Position numbers and translations under genes: made by a program. A DNA stretch of 64,000 nucleotides from a virus. How positions within the stretch are numbered: position 1 is the first letter of the stretch; each line of letters opens with the position of its first letter. Below, one piece after another: positions 7,771-17,423 of the stretch. The stretch is from positions 1 to 64,000 of the IMG/VR virus record IMGVR_UViG_3300036893_000013. One strand, 5' to 3'. A model generated the notes under the pieces. The model had not been told where the DNA came from, did not search any database, and was given only the letters and a program-made list of their open reading frames with translations.

Positions 7771-9840
7771 ATGTATCTCTATTTAGATACAGAATTTCGA
7801 AGTGAATTAGACCTCGAATCAGTTGGTCATTACAAATATTTAAATCATCATTCTACAGAGCTATTGATGATAGCTTATGCCTTTGGAGACGAAGAAGTAA
7901 AACTCTGGGAAACCCATAAAGGTCCTATTCCCAAAGACTTACTAGAAGGTTTATTGGACGATCTACAAATTATAGTGGCATGGCATAGTTCCTTCGAGCG
8001 TAATGCCTTCAAAAAGCATTTAGGAATCAATATTGATTTGGAACGATGGGAAGACCCTATGATTCGTAGCCGGTATATGTCCATGCCGGGAAGTCTAGAA
8101 AAAGTAGGTAACATCCTTGATATTAAATCCAAAAAACTAACCGAATTTTTTATTAAAGATCAATCAATGATAGAGATGTTCTGTACTCCTCTCAGAGTGG
8201 GAGGGTATATAACTCTATTTGGTTTAGAACCAACAACTTATCGGGACTGGGAGACACACCCTAAAGAGTGGAAAAAATTCTGTGAATATTGTTGCATAGA
8301 CGTAGAGGCAATGAGAGAAATACTACACCGGCTAGATAAGTTTCCTTTACCGGATTTCGAGTATGAATTATTTGCTCTCAACGAGGAGATTAACGACAGG
8401 GGAATATATACAGACCGAATGCTTATCAGAGGGGCTGGCCTGATTGTAGATACTGAATTTGAAAACCTTCGTAAGGAATTCCTTGATTTAACTGGAATTG
8501 CTAAGCCTAAGAGTAATAAAGCAGTTCTTAATTGGGTTAGGCAACATGGGTATACTTTCCCCAGCCTAGGTAAACCTTTTGTTAACCGGGCGCTAGCAGG
8601 GGAATGTCCTCTGGATGAGGTCGGTAAGAAGGGGTTGAAGTTAAGACTCCAGTTATCCAAGTCTTCCGTAAGCAAGCTAGAAGCCCTTATAGACGCGCGG
8701 GAGGATGACTTTAGGGTGCGAGGGCTATTCAACTTCATGGGAGCGGCTAGAACAGGCCGCTGGACCTCGGGAATCGTACAAGTACAGAACCTTGTGAAGT
8801 CCTCGAAGGAGGTAGAGAAAAAATACGATCTGGCCCTCGCTCTACTAAGAGCAGGTGATTACGACTCGATTAAGAAGGAGTTTTCTAGTCCTATCGATGT
8901 AGCTTGTGCAGCTATACGTCCTATCTTTAAGGCTTCTCCGAATAATAAGTTAGTCGTTTCGGACCTTAGTGCTATTGAAACTAGAGGGGCAGCGTGGGTA
9001 TCCGGGTGCGAACCCTTGATGGAAGTATTCCGGCAGGGTAGAGACCCGTATATCGCTTTCGCTGTTCAGATGGACCCAACCCGTTCATACGAAGAACTTT
9101 ATGCAGAATATAAAGCCGGTAATAAGACTACTAGAACTAACGCTAAGCCACCTACATTGGGGTGCGGATACGGACTTACTCCCGGCATAATCGACAAGGA
9201 CGAAGACGGTAATATAGTTAAGACTGGATTGCTAGGATATGCGGACAGCATGGGTATCGAATTAGCCCCTGAATACGCAGAGAAAGCGGTTATGGTCTAT
9301 CGTAATACATACAGAGAGGTAGTACAGTTTTGGTATGATTTGCATAGTTGTTTTGTAGATGTAATAGAGAACGGCGGTATACAGCAAATAGGTCCTTTAG
9401 CTATTGAGCAACAAGGCAGAGTTATATGCCTATGGCTTCCTTCTGGTAGGGCTTTACATTACATTAATCCAGAGGTTATATATTCGGAGAAGGTATCTCC
9501 CCGCAATGGAAGGTCCTACAAAACTTCTGAGATAATGGTAGATGGTGTAGATCAGAAAACCCATCATTGGGGACGGATCAAGACCTACGGTAGTAAGATT
9601 TTTGAGAATGTAGTACAAGCGATTTGTCGGGACATTCTGGGGTATGGTATGATAGCAGCTAAAGAAGCTGGGTTTCCGATAGTTTTAACTTGTCACGATG
9701 AAATTGTTGCAGAAGTTCCGGAAAATGGAATCCTAGGGGTAAAAGAACTAGTGCAATGCATGACAAGAAACTTAGACTGGTGTCCCGGATTTATCATAGG
9801 GGCAGAAGGATTTGAAACGGAGTTCTACAAAAAGGAGTAA
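7771..9840 (+). CDS. polA: Family A DNA polymerase with 3'-5' exonuclease
   Basis: ExoI LDTEFRS, ExoIII YCCIDV, ARTGRWTS, motif A DLSAIE, motif B RTNAKPPTLGCGYG, motif C HDEIV. Confidence 0.93.
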   Translation: MYLYLDTEFRSELDLESVGHYKYLNHHSTELLMIAYAFGDEEVKLWETHKGPIPKDLLEGLLDDLQIIVAWHSSFERNAFKKHLGINIDLERWEDPMIRSRYMSMPGSLEKVGNILDIKSKKLTEFFIKDQSMIEMFCTPLRVGGYITLFGLEPTTYRDWETHPKEWKKFCEYCCIDVEAMREILHRLDKFPLPDFEYELFALNEEINDRGIYTDRMLIRGAGLIVDTEFENLRKEFLDLTGIAKPKSNKAVLNWVRQHGYTFPSLGKPFVNRALAGECPLDEVGKKGLKLRLQLSKSSVSKLEALIDAREDDFRVRGLFNFMGAARTGRWTSGIVQVQNLVKSSKEVEKKYDLALALLRAGDYDSIKKEFSSPIDVACAAIRPIFKASPNNKLVVSDLSAIETRGAAWVSGCEPLMEVFRQGRDPYIAFAVQMDPTRSYEELYAEYKAGNKTTRTNAKPPTLGCGYGLTPGIIDKDEDGNIVKTGLLGYADSMGIELAPEYAEKAVMVYRNTYREVVQFWYDLHSCFVDVIENGGIQQIGPLAIEQQGRVICLWLPSGRALHYINPEVIYSEKVSPRNGRSYKTSEIMVDGVDQKTHHWGRIKTYGSKIFENVVQAICRDILGYGMIAAKEAGFPIVLTCHDEIVAEVPENGILGVKELVQCMTRNLDWCPGFIIGAEGFETEFYKKE

Positions 9841-9841
9841 T

Positions 9842-10258
9842 ATGTCATTAAATAGGTTAGGTAACTGTTCTAATCACTATCAAGGTAGCACTAAGAAAGT
9901 GCTATGTGTTTGCTCGGGAGGAATACTGCGGTCCCCTACTGCGGCGGTAGTGTTGTCTCAACCACCCTACAACTTTAACACTAGAGCGGTAGGAACTGAT
10001 AAAGAATTCGCGTTGATTCCGGTGGATGAGGTTCTTATCCAATGGGCTGATGAGATTGTGTGTATGGAACATGAACATGAAAAGAGTTTACGTAAGCAGT
10101 TCAACATAGAAGTGCCTATTCTAGTGTTAGGAATTACGGATAGGTACGCCTATAGAGACCCTGAGTTGATGAATTTAATCTCTCATAACTACGAGGATTT
10201 ACAGATCATGTCCTTAGCTCAAAGAAAAATAGAAAATGAATTAGACGAGCAACAATGA
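9842..10258 (+). CDS. Low-molecular-weight protein tyrosine phosphatase-like protein
   Basis: P-loop VCSGGILRSPTA (Cx5R), WADEIVCME, DRYAYRDPEL. Confidence 0.8.
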   Translation: MSLNRLGNCSNHYQGSTKKVLCVCSGGILRSPTAAVVLSQPPYNFNTRAVGTDKEFALIPVDEVLIQWADEIVCMEHEHEKSLRKQFNIEVPILVLGITDRYAYRDPELMNLISHNYEDLQIMSLAQRKIENELDEQQ

Positions 10259-11208
10259 AGAAGGATAATCCCTTGTTTGCCATAGCTGCTGACGATTATA
10301 TGAACGAAATCATGGGGTTAAACAAATACGGCAGTTACAAAACCAACAAGAGAATTGTATCAAGACTTACATTGGAGTTTGGACATAAAAGGATCAGGAG
10401 TATTACACGGCAGGATATTCAGAGATACATAACAAAACTTCATGAGAATGTGGGAGTTAATTACTTACGTTCTCATTTAGGGGTACTAAAGGGCATTATG
10501 GAATACTCAGATGACGAGTGGGTTATGCCTCGAATTAAAGTTCCCAAATGTAACAGACCGCGACAAGAGTTTTATACTTTTGAAGAGGTAAGAAAGATAG
10601 CAGAAGAGGCGTCAGGACAGGACCAAGTACTTACCCTTCTCTTAGCAGAAACCGGGTGTAGAATAGGAGAAGCATTGGCTCTTAAAATAGAAGATATTAG
10701 GCCGGGCGAATTAAGTATTTCCAAAAATGTATACGAAGGAGTTATACAAAGCACGCCTAAAACAGATTCCAGCATCCGGAAAGTAGCGATCTCAGAAACT
10801 CTATATTTAGAGATAATTTCTCTTAAACGAAGGCCGGGAGAATATATATTCCAAAGTCCTACCGGAAGACCAGAGTGGCCGCAAAGATTAACCACTAAGT
10901 TCCGTATTATCTGTAAGAAAGCGGGAGTAGAATACAAAGGCTTCCATGCCTTCCGTAGGGGACATGTGACAGAATGTTGCAATACTCTAGGAATTCCAGA
11001 GAGAATTGTGGGCGCAAGAGTTGGCCACGGATGCTCTGGTATGACTCTAGGAGTATACGCTCAATTTATACCGGGCAGTGATAAACCTTGGGTAGATAAA
11101 ATTGCCGCCTTATTGTATGAAGGAAAACAACACTTGACAAACGACCAGAAAGGTGATATGGTTAATACATCGATTGGAGAAAAAGTAAATGGCATTACCG
11201 ACAATTAA
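10255..11208 (+). CDS. Tyrosine recombinase/integrase
   Basis: ETGCRIGEALAL (R), PKT (K), HAFRRG (HxxR), VGH, terminal Y in GVYAQ. Confidence 0.9.
   Translation: MKKDNPLFAIAADDYMNEIMGLNKYGSYKTNKRIVSRLTLEFGHKRIRSITRQDIQRYITKLHENVGVNYLRSHLGVLKGIMEYSDDEWVMPRIKVPKCNRPRQEFYTFEEVRKIAEEASGQDQVLTLLLAETGCRIGEALALKIEDIRPGELSISKNVYEGVIQSTPKTDSSIRKVAISETLYLEIISLKRRPGEYIFQSPTGRPEWPQRLTTKFRIICKKAGVEYKGFHAFRRGHVTECCNTLGIPERIVGARVGHGCSGMTLGVYAQFIPGSDKPWVDKIAALLYEGKQHLTNDQKGDMVNTSIGEKVNGITDN
11134..11162 (+). promoter_or_regulatory. Sigma70-type promoter upstream of the SSAP/SSB genes
   Basis: TTGACA (11134-11139), 17-nt spacer, extended TGn, TATGGT (11157-11162); GGAGA RBS then ATG 11189. Confidence 0.7.
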
Positions 11209-11962
11209 TATTAAGGGAAGAGAATACACGATGGTCAAGGACCGTATTCTTTTCTTCAATGAAACTTACCCTAACGGGTGTATTTACACGGAGCTTATAT
11301 CTCCTCTAGAAGCTAAGCAGGTTGTGGTTAAAGCTGTAGTTATACCGGATGTATCTAATCCTCTCAGAGTGTTTATGGATTATTCACAAGCAACAGTCGG
11401 AGACAGTACGATTAATAAGACTGCTGCCCTAGAAAATGCCTCGACATCTGCGGTAGGTAGATCATTGGCTATGATGGGAATTGGGATAGTGGAGAGTGTG
11501 TCCTCAGCAGATGAAGTTAAGAAAGCTCTTAATCACCCCCTAACTCAAACAAATCAAAGTGGAGTTATAGGAAATCTACCTAACTATGCTGCCGCGAAAG
11601 TTGAGTTCGCGGCAGGTGCTTTTACCGGAAAATCTACCAGTTTTGACTATGGTCATAATCGTGAAATTACGGAGGATGGTGTCGATTCTGTATCAGAGGT
11701 TCTTCACTTTGTTCCTCTTACTGAAAAGAGAAACTCCGAAATTCAAGCTAGGCTTGGGGAGTTGGTTAAGGACAAGACATTGGCTAGGCGTAAACTACAG
11801 ATATTCTTAGATAGTCAGCATGGGGCCGGTAAAAGAGGAATTGATGTAAGCGCCGACCGGTGGGAACAAACAATTAGTATGATTGAAAAAGCAGTCGCAG
11901 ATGGTCCAGAAGCGGTTAAGGAACTACTGAAGAAGGAGGGTAATGAAGTTACCGTGGCTTAA
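11189..11962 (+). CDS. Putative single-strand annealing protein (Rad52/Sak-like)
   Basis: Y..VKDRI..F...YPNG.I.T and INKTAALENASTSAVGRSLAMMGIG; adjacent to ssb. Confidence 0.6.
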   Translation: MALPTINIKGREYTMVKDRILFFNETYPNGCIYTELISPLEAKQVVVKAVVIPDVSNPLRVFMDYSQATVGDSTINKTAALENASTSAVGRSLAMMGIGIVESVSSADEVKKALNHPLTQTNQSGVIGNLPNYAAAKVEFAAGAFTGKSTSFDYGHNREITEDGVDSVSEVLHFVPLTEKRNSEIQARLGELVKDKTLARRKLQIFLDSQHGAGKRGIDVSADRWEQTISMIEKAVADGPEAVKELLKKEGNEVTVA

Positions 11963-12110
11963 TCTCGTTGTCGGACTAATTAATTTGGGAGTGGCTATTA
12001 GTCTTACATTCAGTGATGGATTTGGAAACTGTTTATTTTGGGGACCTAACTTGATTTTGTCGTTAGTAAATTTAAATATTTTTTACAAAGGCTATAAGGA
12101 GAATCAATGA
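11943..12110 (+). CDS. 55-aa two-TM protein; not in ORF track
   Basis: AGGAGG RBS; MKLPWLNLVVGLINLGVAISL...LILSLVNLNIF; ATGA overlap with ssb. Confidence 0.6.
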   Translation: MKLPWLNLVVGLINLGVAISLTFSDGFGNCLFWGPNLILSLVNLNIFYKGYKENQ

Positions 12111-12454
12111 GCTTAAATGTGGTTGTTTTGACGGGTAGGTTGGGTAAGGACCCCGAAGTTCACGCAACTAGTAGTGGTAAGGCAGTCGCTGGGTTTACTC
12201 TTGCCGTGGATGATGGATTCGGGGATAACAAGAAAACACTCTGGCTTTATTGTGAAATTTGGGGTAAGAGAGCAGAAGCACTTGGCAGATTGGTGAATAA
12301 AGGTAAGCGAGTTACGGTGACTGGAAGACTTTCAGAAGAAAGTTGGACTGATAAACAATCAGGGCAGAGCCGGAGCAAACCTAAGATTGTCGTGGATAAT
12401 ATTGATATAATTGATTTTATTGAGAAGGAAGAGACTGAGGAGGTACTGTTTTGA
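12107..12454 (+). CDS. ssb: Single-stranded DNA-binding protein
   Basis: LNVVVLTGRLGKDPE, FTLAVD, WGKRAE, KGKRVTVTGRL, acidic tail ending LF. Confidence 0.93.
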   Translation: MSLNVVVLTGRLGKDPEVHATSSGKAVAGFTLAVDDGFGDNKKTLWLYCEIWGKRAEALGRLVNKGKRVTVTGRLSEESWTDKQSGQSRSKPKIVVDNIDIIDFIEKEETEEVLF

Positions 12455-12615
12455 AATGGGCATTGATTACGGGCTATGCTATACTAGCTGCCTTCTTAGG
12501 GGGAGCAATTTACGCTATATTTGGAACTTTTGTTTGGCTAGTGTATCTAGTAGGAGTTTTTTTTGCCGGACGTTATGTTAGAAAGGCCGTCGAAAGTATA
12601 GGAGATAAATTTTGA
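12451..12615 (+). CDS. 54-aa two-TM protein; not in ORF track
   Basis: GAGGAGG RBS, TTG start; MKWALITGYAILAAFLGGAIYAIFGTFVWLVYLVGVFFAG. Confidence 0.6.
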   Translation: MKWALITGYAILAAFLGGAIYAIFGTFVWLVYLVGVFFAGRYVRKAVESIGDKF

Positions 12616-13325
12616 GAAATGCAATGCGTATTGTAATTTTACTGGATAGGTCTGGTAGTATGTACAGTGTCCAAGAGTCCACGGTAAAGGGGCTAAATGC
12701 CTTTATTGAAAAACAAAAAGAAGCTAATGTGGACGGTAGTCTTAAACTAATCCAGTTCTATAGTGATTGGATCAGTAGCATGAATTACGAAGTTGTTAGG
12801 GATGCTCCGTTGAGTGTTATAACTCCTCTAGCACGACATGATTTCCTCCCTTGGGGGAATACCCCTCTTTATGATGCTCAAGCTAGAGCAATTAAAGAAC
12901 TTGGAGAGGAACTAGAAGCACTTCCAGAAGTAGATAGACCAAATAAGGTAATGTTTGTTACTATAACAGATGGGTTTAACAATGCTAGCTACTCATACAC
13001 TCGGGAGAATATTGCTACCATGATTAAGCACCAAACGGATAAATACAATTGGGATTGTATTTATTTGGGAGCTAATCAGGATGCTGTAGAGGTCGGACAA
13101 ACTATGAGCTTTAAAAGAGATAAGGCAATGAGTTTCGCTACGTCTGACGGTGCGATAAATTCTACTTTCGGTGGTTTGGCTAATTATGCTATTAGAAGCA
13201 GTAATTTAGCCTCAAGTAACATATCAGAGGGGAATCGCTTCTCAGACGAGGAGCGTAGCGGAGCTATAGGAAGTTCTTTGGCGGGAGTGAATGGGGATAG
13301 TTCTTTGCCGGGAGTGAATAAATAG
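12612..13325 (+). CDS. von Willebrand factor A (vWA) domain protein
   Basis: MIDAS LLDRSGSM, GNTPLYDA, ITDG, YLGANQDA. Confidence 0.85.
   Translation: MRNAMRIVILLDRSGSMYSVQESTVKGLNAFIEKQKEANVDGSLKLIQFYSDWISSMNYEVVRDAPLSVITPLARHDFLPWGNTPLYDAQARAIKELGEELEALPEVDRPNKVMFVTITDGFNNASYSYTRENIATMIKHQTDKYNWDCIYLGANQDAVEVGQTMSFKRDKAMSFATSDGAINSTFGGLANYAIRSSNLASSNISEGNRFSDEERSGAIGSSLAGVNGDSSLPGVNK
13272..13319 (+). repeat. Two 21-bp direct repeats, 27-bp period, in the vWA 3' end
   Basis: AGTTCTTTGGCGGGAGTGAAT at 13272-13292 and AGTTCTTTGCCGGGAGTGAAT at 13299-13319. Confidence 0.8.
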
Positions 13326-13332
13326 GAGGAAT

Positions 13333-13786
13333 GTGAAATATTTAGCTTTCTTGTTATTGGTGGTGGGGTGTTATAAAGCACCCCAACCGACCCTAGCCCC
13401 TAAAGCCCCTAAAATACAAGAACCCATGCCGGATTCTCTATTCATAAGAGGAGAGCGGTGGCAAATACAATCTGCCATTTTCCTCCCAAACTATGCAGAA
13501 CCCGATTCAAAAACTGTAGCTAGTACCGATTGTCCGCGTAGAATAATACTATATAGTGATTTAGAAAAAGAAAACTATATTAAACCTTTTCTATGGCACG
13601 AAGTTTTTCACGCCGCCAAATGTGATTTACCAGACAAGTAAGGCTAACTGGCACGGATACACTTTAGATCAAAAAGGTCATGAACAAAAAGGTCATGAAC
13701 AAGTATATGAAGATGGAATGTTTATGTATTCTTTTGTAAAGGATAATCCAGATTTCATTGAATGGGAGATAAATGCCCGAAACTAA
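13333..13786 (+). pseudogene. Lipoprotein-like HExxH protein with a frameshift near 13637
   Basis: MKYLAFLLLVVGC (lipobox-like) and WHEVFH, stop at 13641. The +1 frame continues SKANWHGY...HEQVY...FVKDNPDFIEW to 13786. A 15-bp tandem duplication lies at 13670-13699. Confidence 0.55.
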
Positions 13787-15620
13787 ACTGGACGAGGATC
13801 AGAAGAAGATTGTATCTCTAAGAGAGGGGTACTATGCTGTGATGGCGGGAGCAGGTTCAGGAAAATCAACTGTCCTGCTCCACCGTACAGGGGAGCTATA
13901 TGGTCAAGGAACTGTTCTATGTGTTACGTTCACTAGTGAAGCCTCGAAAAGTCTTAGGAATAGAATCGCGAAGCTATATCCTTCTACTGATGTATCTGTT
14001 TTTTCAACTCTACATAGTTTGGCTTTGCGGTTTGCTTACCAGCATCCTGAGGCTTTTCCTTTTAAGCTAAACAATAATATCTTAGCTGAAGATGGGGTAG
14101 CCGCAAAATTAGTATACGAAAGCATAGGGGACAAGATTAACTATCGGGCATTTACTAGTTGGGTAAGTCTCCAGAAGCGAAATAGAATCTCTGCTGAAGA
14201 GGCTTTACGAACAGCGGAGGAGACTAACGTAAATCTTGATTATGCAGAAGGTTACAAGAAATACGAAGCAGCCAAAAAGAAGGCGGGAGTTTTGGACTTT
14301 GATGATCTAATCTACTACATGGTAGAAATACTAGAGACCAGACCGGATATTCGTAGTAAGTGGCAGTATGATTGGGTTATGATGGATGAGGCACAGGATG
14401 CCTGTGAGTTAGATTGGAGGATGCTACAATTAATAACAGAGAAGAACAAGAATCTAATGTGCGTGGGGGACGCAGGACAAGCTTTATTTGGGTTCCGTGG
14501 TGGAGTTGCCCGTCACTTCTTACAGATGGAGGAACTGTTTCCTTCTACTACGAAATTATATCTTGGGAACAATTACAGAAGTACCCAGACTATTGTAGAT
14601 TTTGGTAAGAAAGCTTATCCGTATCCCGAGATATCTGAGTCATTTAGGGCCGTAAGAGAGCTATCGGGGATACCCCCCACCATCACTCCCTACAGTACCA
14701 GCACTAGGGAGGCTGTACAAGTGGTAGAGAAGGTGGCTTGGTATCCTCCAGACCAATGTGCTATTTTAGCTAGAACTAACTTAGCTTTGAGACCGTTCGA
14801 AGAGGTGTTATTAGATGCCGGGATAGAGTATTACATCCTAGGAGATTCCGGATTCTGGGAATCACCTGAAGTCAAGAATGTGTTATACTGGATAAGGTGT
14901 GTTACTTCTCCTACAGACAATGCGATTATAGGGGCTATAAGAACTCCCTTCTGGCCAACTAAGTACTTAAAGAGAAAAGCGGTGATTGATAAACTTAAGC
15001 TTCGCATTTCTCGCGGGGAATCCGCGTACGAAGCTACTAGACATTTACCGGAACTTACTCAATTCAGGAGTGTTATAAGTCAATTCTATAGCTACAGATA
15101 CCTTCCTACGGAGACAGCAGTAAAGGGAATTCTTAGCACTCTTAAGGTGTTGGATCACTATTTAGGGGAAGAGAACATAAACCCGGATAGAGACCCTATA
15201 GCTAATCTAAAGGAGTTAGCAAACGCCTCCAAACGATATGGGAATCTAGCCGAGTTTCTTGACTTCATCCGTAGATTAACTTACGTACAAAAGAATCGTA
15301 AAGGAGTTTGTTTGAGTACTATACACTCAGCAAAAGGTAAGGAATGGCCTCATGTCTTTTTGGTATCTGCGAATGATGGGGTCTTACCTCATTCTAAGAG
15401 TGGAGATATTAACGAGGAAAGGGCTTGCTTTTTTGTGGGCGTATCTAGAGCGCAAGAGACCTTAGATATCAGTTATTATGGACTTAAGAGTAGGTTCTTA
15501 GAGGAGATAGAGAGTAGGATTTACGGGGATGAGGGGGCCGGAAGCACTAGCCCAGAAATTCCTGAAACCCGACAAGACTTACCAGATGTGCATAGGGGCT
15601 TACAACTCTCACTATGGTAA
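13773..15620 (+). CDS. UvrD/Rep/PcrA-family SF1 helicase
   Basis: AGAGSGKS, TFT, STLHS, MDEAQD, VGDAGQALFGFRG, NYRST, ILARTN, STIHSAKGKEW, VSRAQ. Confidence 0.93.
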   Translation: MPETKLDEDQKKIVSLREGYYAVMAGAGSGKSTVLLHRTGELYGQGTVLCVTFTSEASKSLRNRIAKLYPSTDVSVFSTLHSLALRFAYQHPEAFPFKLNNNILAEDGVAAKLVYESIGDKINYRAFTSWVSLQKRNRISAEEALRTAEETNVNLDYAEGYKKYEAAKKKAGVLDFDDLIYYMVEILETRPDIRSKWQYDWVMMDEAQDACELDWRMLQLITEKNKNLMCVGDAGQALFGFRGGVARHFLQMEELFPSTTKLYLGNNYRSTQTIVDFGKKAYPYPEISESFRAVRELSGIPPTITPYSTSTREAVQVVEKVAWYPPDQCAILARTNLALRPFEEVLLDAGIEYYILGDSGFWESPEVKNVLYWIRCVTSPTDNAIIGAIRTPFWPTKYLKRKAVIDKLKLRISRGESAYEATRHLPELTQFRSVISQFYSYRYLPTETAVKGILSTLKVLDHYLGEENINPDRDPIANLKELANASKRYGNLAEFLDFIRRLTYVQKNRKGVCLSTIHSAKGKEWPHVFLVSANDGVLPHSKSGDINEERACFFVGVSRAQETLDISYYGLKSRFLEEIESRIYGDEGAGSTSPEIPETRQDLPDVHRGLQLSLW

Positions 15621-15630
15621 TTATGGAAGG

Positions 15631-16758
15631 ATGGCAATGAGCTATTTATATAAAAATCCAAAAGGCTTTGAGGTTCGTGCCCACAGTCACTCCGGAGGGC
15701 AAGACTGGTCGTGCCCAAAAAAATATTACTGGAAGCGTCTTCAAGGCTGGCAGAGTAAAGAAGAAGGTGCTCCTCAGATGTTCGGGAAATGCACCGAAGC
15801 CGCGATTAAGTACTTCCACGAGAGGAACTTCGAACCCGGTACCGGGGTAGAAGAGTTTAGAAAACTTTGGTGGGATTATAAAAATGAAGACATTCTCTAC
15901 ACCGAAAAGTCAGGAAACTGGAATGATTTCTTTCGATGCGGTGTTGAGCTTCTGAAGCTATATGAACTTCAACTACCCGACTTGCCTATCTCTAATGCCG
16001 TGTTCTCTGTAGAACGTAGGGTAGACCTAGCCCCCGGGGATGGATTATACGGCGGGTTACAATTCATGGCAGTACTAGATATGCTATGCACGGCTCCTAA
16101 TAATCATCCAGCCCTTCCTGCAATGGAAGGTCCTGAAGTAAGACAGTTCGTAGTCGATATCAAAACCTCTACGGCTAGCTATTACACTGATCCTAGGTTG
16201 TCCTCATTAGACGATCAGCTAAGAGACTATGCTTGGGTTACGGGGTTGTCCACTGTCGCCTTTCTAGTGCTTTGTAAGAACCATACCGAGATAGGTACCG
16301 GGGACTGGATAACAGTTTTAGAGGGTCCGAAGCAGGGCAAGAAGTACAAAGTATTCGATATCAAAGATGGTAAGCTGTTAGTATTACCCAAAGAACTGTT
16401 CGATGAATACCAGTCACGTAAGAAGGAGATCAAAGGTAAAGGGGCTAAGGAAAGAGGAACAGCCTTACTTACCGAATACTTCTATAAGGGTCTTTCTTTT
16501 CAACGGCATGAAGTAACTAAACAGAAGATACAATTCCTTCCTGCTATAATTAGTCAGCAAGATGCAGACGAGGCTAAGCGAGAGGCTATACATGAAGCAA
16601 TGGACATCGCGGACCATAACCGTGAGCAGTATTTTCCTAAGCGTCCCGGTGTACGGTTTCCTCATAATCCTTGCACTTCTTGTGAGTGCTTGGGTCTCTG
16701 TATCGGAGATGAAGGAATGGTTAAGGAGAACTTGGTTCAGATAGGAGCGCAGTTTTGA
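15631..16758 (+). CDS. PD-(D/E)XK nuclease, RecB/AddB/Cas4-like, with Cys cluster
   Basis: N-terminal SCPKKYY, LDML...VDIKTS...QLRDY, C-terminal CTSCECLGLC; adjacent to UvrD. Confidence 0.8.
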   Translation: MAMSYLYKNPKGFEVRAHSHSGGQDWSCPKKYYWKRLQGWQSKEEGAPQMFGKCTEAAIKYFHERNFEPGTGVEEFRKLWWDYKNEDILYTEKSGNWNDFFRCGVELLKLYELQLPDLPISNAVFSVERRVDLAPGDGLYGGLQFMAVLDMLCTAPNNHPALPAMEGPEVRQFVVDIKTSTASYYTDPRLSSLDDQLRDYAWVTGLSTVAFLVLCKNHTEIGTGDWITVLEGPKQGKKYKVFDIKDGKLLVLPKELFDEYQSRKKEIKGKGAKERGTALLTEYFYKGLSFQRHEVTKQKIQFLPAIISQQDADEAKREAIHEAMDIADHNREQYFPKRPGVRFPHNPCTSCECLGLCIGDEGMVKENLVQIGAQF

Positions 16759-17423
16759 AGATATTAATTATTAGTGACACTCACGGCCTCCATAGATTAG
16801 TACCTGAACTCCCCGAAGCGGATGTTTTTATACATGCGGGGGATATAGCTAACAGCGGAAGAATACAAGAGGAATATATTTCTTTTAACACTTGGTTAGA
16901 AGGAATCCCCGTTCCTAAGCATCGAAGATTTATTTGCGCGGGAAACCACGACGTATGGCTAGATGGTTCTCATAATGAAAGCAGCCCGAAAAGGGCGGCT
17001 AAAACAAGGGCATTGATCACTAATGGGATATACGTGGAAAACGAAGCAAGAGAAGTAGACGGAGTTATTTTCTATTTCTCCCCAGTAACCCCGTTCTTTC
17101 TTAACTGGGGTTTTAACGTACAGAGAGGCGCAGACATAAAGAAATACTGGGACAAGATTCCAGATAATACAGATGTGTTAGTTACTCATGGACCACCGTA
17201 TGGTATACTAGATAAAATTGTACCTGAAAGTTCTTTTCTTAACTTAGGATGTGAAGAGTTAGAAAAACGGGTTCGGCAAATACAACCTAAGTACCATATT
17301 TTCGGGCACATACATGGAAGTAGAGGGACTTTTACGGAATCTACAACTTATATCAATGCTTCTTTTCTAAATGAAGAGTATAAACCCCATTCCGGAGACG
17401 GATATTTTATAGTGGAGATATAA
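16755..17423 (+). CDS. Calcineurin-like metallophosphoesterase (MPPED-like)
   Basis: SDTHG, HAGD, AGNHD, THGPP, FGHIH. Confidence 0.9.
   Translation: MKILIISDTHGLHRLVPELPEADVFIHAGDIANSGRIQEEYISFNTWLEGIPVPKHRRFICAGNHDVWLDGSHNESSPKRAAKTRALITNGIYVENEAREVDGVIFYFSPVTPFFLNWGFNVQRGADIKKYWDKIPDNTDVLVTHGPPYGILDKIVPESSFLNLGCEELEKRVRQIQPKYHIFGHIHGSRGTFTESTTYINASFLNEEYKPHSGDGYFIVEI

Noticed and set aside
13272-13699. Short direct repeats as a possible CRISPR mini-array
   Set aside because: Only two copies each, with a 6-bp spacer or none, and in-frame within coding sequence; simple duplications.
15631-16758. Cas4-like nuclease as part of CRISPR-Cas
   Set aside because: No array or other cas genes; its position next to UvrD fits recombination.
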